Notes: a model not told the origin generated them from the sequence alone. A DNA stretch of 52,701 bases from Candidatus Pacearchaeota archaeon (GCA_035362275.1 DAOSDI010000003.1:1-52701); one strand, 5' to 3'; counted from the stretch's first letter, positions 34,867 to 43,299 are shown. Numbers and translations: made by a program.

Positions 34867-35785
34867 TGCAATGGTTAGAGCATTGCAGAACATTGTAAGA
34901 GAACTTTGCAATGCTCTAACCATTGCAATATTTGGTGGGCGAACTTTAAATATCATATTGTATGAGTTTAAGAGTTGAGCCATATACTGTTGGTGACTTT
35001 GTTCATATTTATAATCGGGGTGTCAAAAAAGAGCCGATTTTTTTGGGCAAATCTGATTATTGGCGATTTTTGTGGTGTTTGAGGTTTTTCAATGAAGTGC
35101 GTCCAGTAACGAAACTTGCCCGATGTCTAACGGATTTGATTTATATCCAGAAAGAAACATTGCAAAAATTGGAGCCCCGCGATTATCGCGACGGTCGCAA
35201 TACATTTGAATGGCGGGAAGAATGGGGCGAGCAAAATCCGTTGGTGGAAATAATATCTTATCACTTGTCGCCAAATCATTTCCATTTGCTTTTACGAGAA
35301 ATTATTAAAGGTGGAATAACGAAATTTATGCAAAAATTGGGTGCCGGATATACGGAATATCAGAATACAAAAACCGGAGAATCGGGAAGAATTTTTCAAG
35401 GTTCTTATAAGGGCAGGACAATTAAAGACGAAAATCATTTGCAGTATTTGGATGCGTATATCCAAGTATTCAATCCATTTGAATTGTTTGAGGGAGGCAT
35501 TTCCGCCGCGTTGCATGATTTTGATGCGGCATTCGATTTTGCAGTCAATTATCCATTTTGTAGCTTGGGTGAAGCTTTCGGATCGCGAAATTTGGGAATT
35601 GTGAACAGGGATTGCTTTAAAGGTGTTTTTGAGAATTTGACGATCTATAAAGAATTTTGCAAAGATGCGTTAATTATTCGTAACGCCCGTACATATTTAG
35701 GTAAATTGACCATTGATTAACAGCTGAAATTGCCGCAATGGTTAGAGCATTGCAAAAAGTTATTCTGTAATGCTCTAACCATTGC
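34867..35785 (+). mobile_element. IS200/IS605-like or RAYT-type unit: a Y1 transposase gene flanked by two copies of the same hairpin
   Basis: Left hairpin: 34867-34887 is the exact reverse complement of 34907-34927 (21 bp). Right hairpin: 35735-35754 pairs with 35766-35785 (20 bp, 1 mismatch). Both use the same arm sequence gcaatggttagagcattgca in the same orientation. Confidence 0.75.
34962..35720 (+). CDS. HUH/Y1 tyrosine transposase (IS200-like / REP-associated tyrosine transposase family)
   Basis: VHIYNRGVKKEPIF, HUH motif SPNHFHLLL, and GRIFQGSYKGRTIKDENHLQYLDAYIQVFNP carrying the catalytic Tyr region. Confidence 0.8.
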   Translation: MSLRVEPYTVGDFVHIYNRGVKKEPIFLGKSDYWRFLWCLRFFNEVRPVTKLARCLTDLIYIQKETLQKLEPRDYRDGRNTFEWREEWGEQNPLVEIISYHLSPNHFHLLLREIIKGGITKFMQKLGAGYTEYQNTKTGESGRIFQGSYKGRTIKDENHLQYLDAYIQVFNPFELFEGGISAALHDFDAAFDFAVNYPFCSLGEAFGSRNLGIVNRDCFKGVFENLTIYKEFCKDALIIRNARTYLGKLTID

Positions 35786-35812
35786 AAGACGGGAATCGGT
35801 TGAAAGTCGTCG

Positions 35813-35934
35813 GAGCTTGACAGTGCCTGTGCGCAAAAGATATTGTGAATTTACTGGCCGCGGCCAACTTCTGCCCCTTTGGCAAAAGCGTGGCAAATTC
35901 CATCGGCAGTTTCCTGGAAAAAATAATCAAATGA
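35813..35934 (+). pseudogene. Orphan 3' fragment of a nuoF-like gene (divergent allele, frameshifted)
   Basis: It encodes ..DIVNLLAAANFCPFGKSVANSIGSFLEKIIK*. The intact gene ends ..GIVKLLAAASFCPFGKGVANSFGSLIAKLMEKS*. There is an in-frame TGA and a 2-nt indel just upstream. Its stop overlaps the ATG of orf128 (ATGA). Confidence 0.75.
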
Positions 35935-36317
35935 ATTATAAAGGCGTAATAATAGAAGAAAGCCTTGAAAATAAGGATATTTTAAATAAAATATCGATTT
36001 TAGCGACAAAAAAGGAAATTGTTACGGAAAAGCACAAAACTCCTTGGATAAGACAGTGGACGCTCCATACAGTGGAAATTGATTTGGATTCAGCGGAAGA
36101 AATTGCGCGCGAAATAAGCAAGTCGTTGGATTCAATCCATGATTGGTATGCGGATTTCAAAAATGACAAATCCCATTATGTTGTTTTCAGGAATAAAGTT
36201 TTTAAAATCGATTTGGCAAAGCCAAAGTATCGGGACGCGATGGAATACGGAATAAAACATGGGATTCCTTGGTATCAGCTTGATTTTTCGCCGGAGGTCG
36301 AAGAATGGAGACGGTAA
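35932..36317 (+). CDS. Hypothetical protein (orf128), upstream partner of the NYN-domain gene
   Basis: Starts at MNYKGVIIEES. The upstream part of ORF 35730 crosses the hairpin and the nuoF remnant, so it is not coding. Confidence 0.55.
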
Positions 36318-36325
36318 TTTATTTT

Positions 36326-36841
36326 ATGAAACCCAAAGGAAATAATTATGCGTTTATTGACAGCCAGAATTTGAATCTGGGGGTAAAAAATCTTGGGTGG
36401 TTTTTGGATTTTAAAAAATTTCGCGTTTATTTGGCGGAAAAATATGGCGTGAAGGTTGCTTATTTGTTTATTGGCTATATCCAAAAAAATCAAGATTTAT
36501 ATTCCAGTTTGCAAAAATGCGGCTATGTTTTAATCTTTAAGCCGACATTGCCTGACGGGGATGGCAACATTAAGGGCAACGTTGATGCTGATTTGGTACT
36601 GCAAACGATGATTGAATTTCAAAATTACGATAAGGCCGTGATTGTTTCCAGCGATGGCGATTTTTATTCGTTGGTTAAATATCTTTATGAGCATAATAAA
36701 TTACGCGTGGTTATCAGTCCGTATCATAAAACTTGTTCGTTATTGTTGAGGCAGTCGGCGAGAGAAAAAATAGTATTTGTCGATAATTTGCGGCAAAAGT
36801 TGGAATATATAAAAAACACCGCCAAAGGACGGGACCTTTAG
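36326..36841 (+). CDS. NYN-domain (LabA/DUF88-like, PIN-fold) putative ribonuclease
   Basis: NYAFIDSQNLNLG, GNVDADLVLQ and VIVSSDGDFYSLVKYL match the acidic-residue pattern of NYN/LabA domains. Confidence 0.7.
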   Translation: MKPKGNNYAFIDSQNLNLGVKNLGWFLDFKKFRVYLAEKYGVKVAYLFIGYIQKNQDLYSSLQKCGYVLIFKPTLPDGDGNIKGNVDADLVLQTMIEFQNYDKAVIVSSDGDFYSLVKYLYEHNKLRVVISPYHKTCSLLLRQSAREKIVFVDNLRQKLEYIKNTAKGRDL

Positions 36842-36933
36842 AGGTGTTTTTTTATGTGAATTCTAACTTCATTGTAGTTTTTTAGTTCTGTTTGTCAAGG
36901 GGAAATTAAGAGTGTGATAATTAACGAAAAAAT

Positions 36934-37017
36934 ATGAAAATAATCATTGATAATCGGGAGGTGGAGGCAAGGGAGGGGCAGACAATATTGGAGGCGGCGC
37001 CGAAACTTTGCCGGTGA
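36934..37017 (+). pseudogene. Orphan 5' fragment of hydA (27 codons, then a stop)
   Basis: 36922-37000 matches 37859-37937 (79 nt, 2 mismatches), including the start-codon context taacgaaaaaatatgaaaataa. Confidence 0.85.
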
Positions 37018-37221
37018 ATTTCAGCATTGTCAGAGCCCTTTCCTTAAAAGACCGGTTGCTGGTTTCTTCGCTTGCCCGCCTGCTCGCGGTCGGAATCGGA
37101 AGTTTGTGTTGGATAAAACTGAACAGCTACCGGAAATTCGCTTTTTATATTCCCTTGGATGTTGTATGATTGCAGTAATAATAATATTTTTCCGAATAGA
37201 TAAGGAAAAATAATAAAGATT

Positions 37222-37671
37222 ATGTTAGGACCTGAAAATTGCATGGGAAGCGCCCCGTTGGAAGACATGGAAGAGGAATCGTTGAAAGAGGCGAAGGATA
37301 AGATGAGAGACGAAATAGTTTCCGAAGGTTTTGAAAAAGTCGAAATTTTCGGAAGCGAGGAGCCGATAGATCTATATGTTATCAGATTAAAATCACCCTA
37401 CAAATGTACGGGGATAGACGGTAAGGAAGAAGTGAGATATATGGCTGATGCGATGATAGGTTTTAATGAGGAGCAAGCACGCAGATATGCGAGCCATACG
37501 GCGTTAACCAGGGAGGCTAATCACTGTGGCATTGGGGACGACGGCACGATCAAGCCATTCATGAGCCTAAGAAGTCTTCGGGAAGAACAAGAGAACTTTG
37601 AGAGGGAAAAAGCGAAACAAGACGAAATTGATCGGAAACAAAGCAATGCCGCGGAAAGGTTTGTCAAGTAA
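37222..37671 (+). CDS. Hypothetical acidic protein (orf149)
   Basis: An ORF with no recognisable motif. It lies between the hydA 5' duplicate and a strong hairpin. Confidence 0.45.
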   Translation: MLGPENCMGSAPLEDMEEESLKEAKDKMRDEIVSEGFEKVEIFGSEEPIDLYVIRLKSPYKCTGIDGKEEVRYMADAMIGFNEEQARRYASHTALTREANHCGIGDDGTIKPFMSLRSLREEQENFEREKAKQDEIDRKQSNAAERFVK

Positions 37672-37741
37672 ATTTTTTGCCAAAAAATATTTCTGTCGCG
37701 CAAGGGCGCAATAACGGATGAAAGAAAGGGGTATATTTCTC

Positions 37742-37773
37742 AACCAAAATCCGCCGAAAGGCGGATTTTGGTT
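37742..37773. terminator. 14-bp perfect stem with a GAAA tetraloop
   Basis: aaccaaaatccgcc gaaa ggcggattttggtt. Confidence 0.6.
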
Positions 37774-37870
37774 CGACTTTGTTTATTTTCGGCAATATAG
37801 TATAAAGGAATTATGAGCTGGCTTCGGAAGTTTTGCGCAAAAATATAGATGCGGTTTTTAACGAAAAAAT

Positions 37871-39619
37871 ATGAAAATAACAATTGATAATCGGGAGGTG
37901 GAGGCAAGGGAGGGGCAGACAATATTGGAGGCGGCGCGGGAGAACGGCATTGAAATTCCGGCGCTGTGTTATCATCCGGATTTGTGCGTGAAGGCCAATT
38001 GCCGGATGTGCGTGGTGGAAATTGACGGGATGGCCGCGCCGCAACCCGCTTGCGCGGTAAAAATAAAAGAGGGAATGAAAGTGGCGACGCAAAGCGAAAA
38101 TTTGACGGCGTTGCGCAAAACCAATTTGGAATTGCTTTTGGGACAGCACCGGCGCAATTGCCCGCAGTGCGTCTGGCAGGGCAAATGCGCGCTGTTGAAA
38201 TATGCCGCGGAATTGAAAGCCGATTTGAACGCTCATCCGTTGCGAAAACCGGAACCCGAGATTATCAAATTCGGGCCGATAATTTTGGACCGGTCAAAGT
38301 GCATCAATTGCCGCAATTGCGTGGATATGTGTTCGCGCCAGACCGGTTCCAAGCGCGGGAGTGAGGCCGAGTGCAAATCCGACGGCTTTTTGGAATTGGA
38401 GGGGCGGGGATATGAAAGCCGAATTTCGCCTTCTTCGGACGAGAAAAAAGATTGCATTTATTGCGCCCAGTGCGTGGTGCACTGTCCGGTGGGCGCGCTG
38501 GATGTGGAAAGCGCGGTGGAGGCAGTGGACGCGCTGTTAAAAGATAAAAAGGGGAAAACGCTGGTGGTGCAATTCGCGCCGTCAATCCGGGCGTCAATCG
38601 GGGAAATGTTCGGCATTCCCCACGGCCAGGTGGTGACCGGGCAATTGGTCGCGTCCTTGAAAAAATTGGGATTTGACAAGGTGTTTGACACGAATATGGC
38701 GGCGGATTTGACCACCGTGGAAGAGGCCAAAGAGTTGGTGCAAAGAGTCAAGGAAAACAAACCCTTGCCGATGTTCACTTCCTGCTGTCCGGCGTGGATC
38801 CGCTATGTGGAATTTTTCCGTCCCGACTTGATTCCCCATATCACCACGGTCAAATCGCCGCAAAATATGTTGGGGTCGCTGATCAAAATTCGCTGGGCGG
38901 AAAACAACAGCATCAATCCCGGAGACATCGTTTCGGTGTCGGTGATGCCTTGCGCGGCGAAAAAATACGACGCGTTCAAGCCCGAAGAAAAAATCAACGG
39001 CTTGGCGCCGGCGGATTTTGTGTTGACCACCCGCGAACTGGGGCGGTTGTTGCAGAAGAACCGGATTGACTTGAAAGCTATGCCCGAAGAAATCGCCGAT
39101 GATCCGTTCGGCGCCTATACCGGTGCGGGCACGATCTTCGGCGCGACCGGCGGGGTAACCGAAGCGGCGGCGCGCACGGCACATTGGCTGATTACCGGCA
39201 AAAATTTGGAAAAAGTTGATTTTGAAGGCGTGCGCGGCATTGTCGGATTGAAAAAAGCCGAGATTGAGATCGGGGGCGTTAAATTGAAGATTGCGATTGC
39301 CAACGGAATGGAAAATGCTAAAATGGTTTTGGACGATTTGGCCGAGGATCCCAAAGCCTATGATTATGTGGAGGTGATGGCGTGTCCCGGCGGATGCATC
39401 GGCGGCGGCGGCCAGCCCCTGCCGGTCAATGATGAAATCCGCAAAAAGCGCGCCCAAGGACTGTATTCCGACGATGCGGCCAAAACTATCCGTCTCGCCC
39501 ACGAAAGCCCGGCGGTCAAGGCGGTCTATGGCGATCTGCAAAACGATGAACACAAAATCCACGAAATCCTGCACACGCATTACGTGCAAAAAGGAAAAAG
39601 CAAAATAACTCAAAAATAA
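37871..39619 (+). CDS. hydA: [FeFe]-hydrogenase catalytic subunit, CpI-like (M3) architecture
   Basis: N-terminal 2Fe-2S ferredoxin-like domain, two CxxCxxCxxxCP motifs, and H-cluster motifs FTSCCPAW, VMPCAAKKYD and EVMACPGGCIGGGGQP. Confidence 0.92.
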   Translation: MKITIDNREVEAREGQTILEAARENGIEIPALCYHPDLCVKANCRMCVVEIDGMAAPQPACAVKIKEGMKVATQSENLTALRKTNLELLLGQHRRNCPQCVWQGKCALLKYAAELKADLNAHPLRKPEPEIIKFGPIILDRSKCINCRNCVDMCSRQTGSKRGSEAECKSDGFLELEGRGYESRISPSSDEKKDCIYCAQCVVHCPVGALDVESAVEAVDALLKDKKGKTLVVQFAPSIRASIGEMFGIPHGQVVTGQLVASLKKLGFDKVFDTNMAADLTTVEEAKELVQRVKENKPLPMFTSCCPAWIRYVEFFRPDLIPHITTVKSPQNMLGSLIKIRWAENNSINPGDIVSVSVMPCAAKKYDAFKPEEKINGLAPADFVLTTRELGRLLQKNRIDLKAMPEEIADDPFGAYTGAGTIFGATGGVTEAAARTAHWLITGKNLEKVDFEGVRGIVGLKKAEIEIGGVKLKIAIANGMENAKMVLDDLAEDPKAYDYVEVMACPGGCIGGGGQPLPVNDEIRKKRAQGLYSDDAAKTIRLAHESPAVKAVYGDLQNDEHKIHEILHTHYVQKGKSKITQK

Positions 39620-39750
39620 TTTTCAATTTTCAGTTATCAATTTTCATTGAATTTTCAATTTAACAATGTGCGTATTTGTATTTTTGTCCGGCACATTGGA
39701 AATCGTCGCATTTATTGAAAATTGAAAACCGTTAATTGGAAACCGAAATT

Positions 39751-40260
39751 ATGGTTAAATTATCAACATTATCGATACCAAAAGAAATAGTTTTAACCGC
39801 GGGGCTGGTTGGGGCGGCGGCGATGGCGCCGCTCTTCGGCCAGCAATTGGTGGCCGGGACGATCGTTAACGCCGCGCTGTTTTTGGCGGTTTTGCTTTCG
39901 GGATTTCGCGCCGCCGCGGCGGTGGCGGTGGTGCCGAGCTTGATCGCGTTGGCGGCGGGGACTTTGCCCGCGGCAATGGCGGCGATGGTGCCCTATATTA
40001 TGACGTCAAACATCGCGCTGGCGGGGATTTTCACCTTGGGGCGGCGGTTCGGTTATTGGCTGGCCGCGCCGATTGCCGTTTTGGCCAAGTTTGCGATTTT
40101 GACGGTGAGCGCAACCGTTATCTTGTCGGCGATAACCCATGGCAATATCGGCCTGGCGCTGGCGTCAATGATGGGCTGGCCGCAACTGATTACCGCAATC
40201 TTGGGAAGCGTTGTTGCTTACGGTGTAAATTTAAAATTAAAAAATCAAGATGAAAAATGA
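39751..40260 (+). CDS. Hypothetical polytopic membrane protein
   Basis: Five or six Ala/Gly-rich hydrophobic helices. ATG at 39751. Confidence 0.6.
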   Translation: MVKLSTLSIPKEIVLTAGLVGAAAMAPLFGQQLVAGTIVNAALFLAVLLSGFRAAAAVAVVPSLIALAAGTLPAAMAAMVPYIMTSNIALAGIFTLGRRFGYWLAAPIAVLAKFAILTVSATVILSAITHGNIGLALASMMGWPQLITAILGSVVAYGVNLKLKNQDEK

Positions 40261-40318
40261 TTCTTCGGCATTCTCAGGATTATCCTGAGTTCGGCGAACG
40301 GATGACAATTTAAAATTA
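40253..40318 (+). repeat. Copy 1 of a ~66-nt palindrome-containing element (inverted partner at 42140-42206)
   Basis: gaaaaatgattcttcggcattctcaggattatcctgagttcggcgaacggatgacaatt matches the reverse complement of 42140-42206 with 2 mismatches and 1 indel. Confidence 0.8.
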
Positions 40319-40392
40319 AAAATGTTCCCAATCCGACATTTTGCAATTTTATATTGTATTTTTGATTTTTGATTTTTATATTTTTCATTTTT

Positions 40393-40614
40393 ATGATGGA
40401 TTTCAACGAAGATACAACATTAAAAGAAGTTTTGGAGTTTTCCAAAGGGGAAGACGTGTTGCTGAAATACAATGTTCCGTGCCTGGGATGCCCGATGGCG
40501 CAAATGGAGATGGCCGATCTTACCCTTAAAGATATTTGTTCCGCCTACCGGATTGATCTGAGAAATTTGCTGATTGATCTGAATTTGGCCACGCAAAATG
40601 CCATTGAAAAATAG
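40393..40614 (+). CDS. DUF1858-type (hybrid-cluster-protein-associated) redox disulfide protein
   Basis: TLKEVLEFSKGEDVLLKYNVPCLGCPMAQMEMADLTL with a CxxC motif. Confidence 0.65.
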   Translation: MMDFNEDTTLKEVLEFSKGEDVLLKYNVPCLGCPMAQMEMADLTLKDICSAYRIDLRNLLIDLNLATQNAIEK

Positions 40615-40727
40615 CAAACAATCGTTTCAAGATTGAATTCAGGAAAGGTGTTGCAAAATAATCAGGAATAATGTAACCTGATAACGTTAATGTTGGTAAA
40701 AAATTCAGTAAAAAATAAAAAACACGT

Positions 40728-41756
40728 ATGGCAATTAAAATTTCAAAAAGCGTGCTGTATCCGGTGCTGTCCCTGTGCGGGTTTGCGGTGATTTCCTTGC
40801 TGGCTTATTTCCAGCCGTGGTCGGGAATGATCAGTAAAACCATCAAGCCGGAGGCGGCGGCGCAAAGAGCGATTGATTACATTAACGAAAATATGCTGTC
40901 GCCGGAGATTCGGGCCGAATATGCCGATGTGAAGGAGGAAAACGGGATGTATTCTTTCAAACTGGTAATCCAGGGCCAGAATTACGCTTCCTATGTTACC
41001 AAGGACGGGGCGCTATTGTTTGCCGAGGGCGTGCCGCAGGCGATCATTTTGGACAAAAAATTGGAAGAAGAAAAAGCCGCGGCCGAAATTGACAAAAGCG
41101 ACCGGCCGGAGGTGAAATTGTTCGTGATGAGCTATTGTCCTTACGGGTTGCAGGCGCAAAAAATGTATCTGCCGGTTTATGAGCTTCTCAAAGACAAGGC
41201 GGATATGGGAATTTATTTTGTGAATTACGCGATGCACGGCAAAGCGGAAATTGATGAAAATCTGCGCCAGTATTGCATCCAAAAAGAGCAAAACGATAAA
41301 ATGGCAGCCTACTTGAAATGTTTTACCGCAGATACCAAATATGCCGAATGTTCCACGGGGGATTGCACGGCCGATTACGGCAAATGCCTGGCGGAAGCGG
41401 GCATTGACCAGAATCAATTGAGCTCGTGCGTGGCGGCGACCGACAAGGAATTCAACATCACCGCCGATTATAACGACAAATCAACGTGGACCAGCGGCGT
41501 TTATCCGAAGTTTGCGGTTAACGACGATTTGAACACTCAATACGAGGTTCAGGGATCGCCGACGATAATTATCAACGGAAAAGACGCGTCCGGCGCGATT
41601 TCTTCGCGGTCGCCGGAAAAATTCAAGCAGGCGGTTTGCGCGGCTTTCAATGAACAGCCGGAAGAGTGCAATACCGTTCTGTCCGATGAACAGCCGTCTT
41701 CCGGATTCGGCGCGGCGGTTTCCGGCGCCGAAAGCACGGCGGGCAGCTGCAATTAA
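40728..41756 (+). CDS. Membrane-anchored thioredoxin-fold (DsbA-like) thiol:disulfide oxidoreductase
   Basis: N-terminal TM, VMSYCPYG active-site-like motif, and GSPTIIINGK (the cis-Pro loop region). Confidence 0.65.
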   Translation: MAIKISKSVLYPVLSLCGFAVISLLAYFQPWSGMISKTIKPEAAAQRAIDYINENMLSPEIRAEYADVKEENGMYSFKLVIQGQNYASYVTKDGALLFAEGVPQAIILDKKLEEEKAAAEIDKSDRPEVKLFVMSYCPYGLQAQKMYLPVYELLKDKADMGIYFVNYAMHGKAEIDENLRQYCIQKEQNDKMAAYLKCFTADTKYAECSTGDCTADYGKCLAEAGIDQNQLSSCVAATDKEFNITADYNDKSTWTSGVYPKFAVNDDLNTQYEVQGSPTIIINGKDASGAISSRSPEKFKQAVCAAFNEQPEECNTVLSDEQPSSGFGAAVSGAESTAGSCN

Positions 41757-41768
41757 CAAAAAATTAAA

Positions 41769-41999
41769 ATGATCAAGGTCTATTCCACCCCGTTTTGCCC
41801 GTATTGCATTACCCTGAAAGACTATCTCAAAGAGAAAAAAGTTGCGTTTTCGGAAGTTGATGTTTCGGAAAACGAAAAAGAGCGCGACGAGATGGTTGAA
41901 CTATCCGGCCAGATCGGCGTGCCGGTGATTAACATTGACGGCAAAATAATCGTCGGTTTTGATAAGACGGAGATTGACACCACTCTCGGATTGAAATAA
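41769..41999 (+). CDS. Glutaredoxin-like protein (NrdH/YruB type)
   Basis: KVYSTPFCPYCITLKDYL with CPYC, and GVPVINIDGKIIVGFD. Confidence 0.85.
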   Translation: MIKVYSTPFCPYCITLKDYLKEKKVAFSEVDVSENEKERDEMVELSGQIGVPVINIDGKIIVGFDKTEIDTTLGLK

Positions 42000-42003
42000 T
42001 CAA

Positions 42004-42041
42004 AACAAGCCGATGCGCGAATGCGCGTCGGCTTGTTTGTT
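42004..42041 (+). terminator. Rho-independent terminator after the glutaredoxin gene
   Basis: acaagccgatgcgcg..tgcgcgtcggcttgt followed by ttgtt. Confidence 0.65.
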
Positions 42042-42139
42042 AATTTAAAATGCAAAAATCAAAAATCAGTTTGGCGGGCAGTCTTACTAAACTGATAATG
42101 ACAATGTAAAATGTTAAAATTATGAAATGCGGCATTTTA

Positions 42140-42206
42140 CAATTTTTAATTGTCATCCGTTCGCCGAACTCAGGATGATCCTGAGAATGCCGAAGGATCA
42201 TTTTCC
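42140..42206 (-). repeat. Copy 2 (inverted) of the ~66-nt element
   Basis: See 40253-40318. Confidence 0.8.
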
Positions 42207-42231
42207 ATTTTGATTTTTCAATTTTACATTT

Positions 42232-43251
42232 ATGAAAATCGCCATCAACGGATTGGGCCGCATCGGCCGCCATGTTTTCAAAATTTTAACCGATAAACAT
42301 CCAAAAGCGGAAATTGTCGCAATCAATGATTTGGCCGATGTCAAAACCATCGCCCATCTTTTGCGCTTTGATTCAATTTATGGCCGCTGGGAAAAAGAAA
42401 TTGGAGCGGCGGAAAAAGAATTGATCGTCAAAACAAAAAAAAGCGTCCGGCGCATCGCGATTTTTTCCGAAACCGATCCGGCGAATTTGCCGTGGAAAAA
42501 ATTGGGCGTGGATGTGGTTTTGGAATGCACCGGCCGCTTTACCGCCTATGACGGTGCGGCCAAGCATCTGATCGCCGGCGCCAAAAAAGTGATCATTTCG
42601 GCGCCGTCAAAAGACGCCGACAAAGTGCCGTCGTATGTTTTGGGAGTCAACGCCGACCAATACGATCCGGCAAAATTTAATGTGATGGATATGGGCTCAT
42701 GCACCACCAATTGCCTGGCGCCGGTGGCAAAAACATTGCTGGATAATTTCGGTATCGTCAAGGGTTTTATGACCACGGTTCATGCCTATACCAACGATCA
42801 GAAAATTTTGGATGTGGCGCACAAGGATTTGAGACGGGCGCGCGCCGCGGGAATGAATATCATTCCCACCAGCACCGGCGCGGCCAAAGCCATCGGCAAG
42901 GTGATTCCCGAGTTGAAGGGTAAATTGGACGGCATCGCCTTGCGCGTGCCGGTGGCCACGGGATCAATAGTGGATTTGGTATGCGAGCTGGAGCGCGAAA
43001 CTACCGCCGAAGAAGTCAATTCAATTTTGGAAAAAGCCGCCGGCAAAAAACCGCTCAAAGGCATTATGGCCTATGAAGCCGCGCCGTTGGTTTCCAGCGA
43101 CTATATCGCCAGCGGCTATTCGTCAATCGTGGACGCGGGCTTGACTATGGCAAAGGGCAATCTGGTGAAAATCGGCGCGTGGTACGATAACGAATGGGGT
43201 TATTCCACCCGTCTGGCCGAATTCGCCGAATTCGTGGGCGACAAGTTATAG
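42232..43251 (+). CDS. gap: Type I glyceraldehyde-3-phosphate dehydrogenase
   Basis: INGLGRIGR and the catalytic SCTTNCLAP. Confidence 0.95.
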   Translation: MKIAINGLGRIGRHVFKILTDKHPKAEIVAINDLADVKTIAHLLRFDSIYGRWEKEIGAAEKELIVKTKKSVRRIAIFSETDPANLPWKKLGVDVVLECTGRFTAYDGAAKHLIAGAKKVIISAPSKDADKVPSYVLGVNADQYDPAKFNVMDMGSCTTNCLAPVAKTLLDNFGIVKGFMTTVHAYTNDQKILDVAHKDLRRARAAGMNIIPTSTGAAKAIGKVIPELKGKLDGIALRVPVATGSIVDLVCELERETTAEEVNSILEKAAGKKPLKGIMAYEAAPLVSSDYIASGYSSIVDAGLTMAKGNLVKIGAWYDNEWGYSTRLAEFAEFVGDKL

Positions 43252-43299
43252 ATTCGGATATTCCATTGGATCAAACTTTGAGGCAATAATCAGAAATCT

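Noticed and set aside
35730-35931. N-terminal extension of orf128 (ORF track start at 35730)
   Set aside because: This stretch runs through the right hairpin of the transposase unit and the out-of-frame nuoF 3' remnant. The real start is the ATG at 35932, overlapping the remnant's stop.
36947-37213. 88-aa ORF downstream of the hydA 5' stub
   Set aside because: It starts inside the duplicated hydA fragment in a different frame. It is Arg-rich with no RBS, so it is likely non-coding insert sequence.
39620-39750. Recurrent AT-rich ttgaaaattgaaaa-like strings (also near 17984-18035, 18139-18209, 40319-40392, 42206-42231, 50430-50465) as a specific regulatory motif
   Set aside because: The strings are low-complexity and variable in sequence and spacing. 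I could not define a consistent consensus or position relative to start codons.
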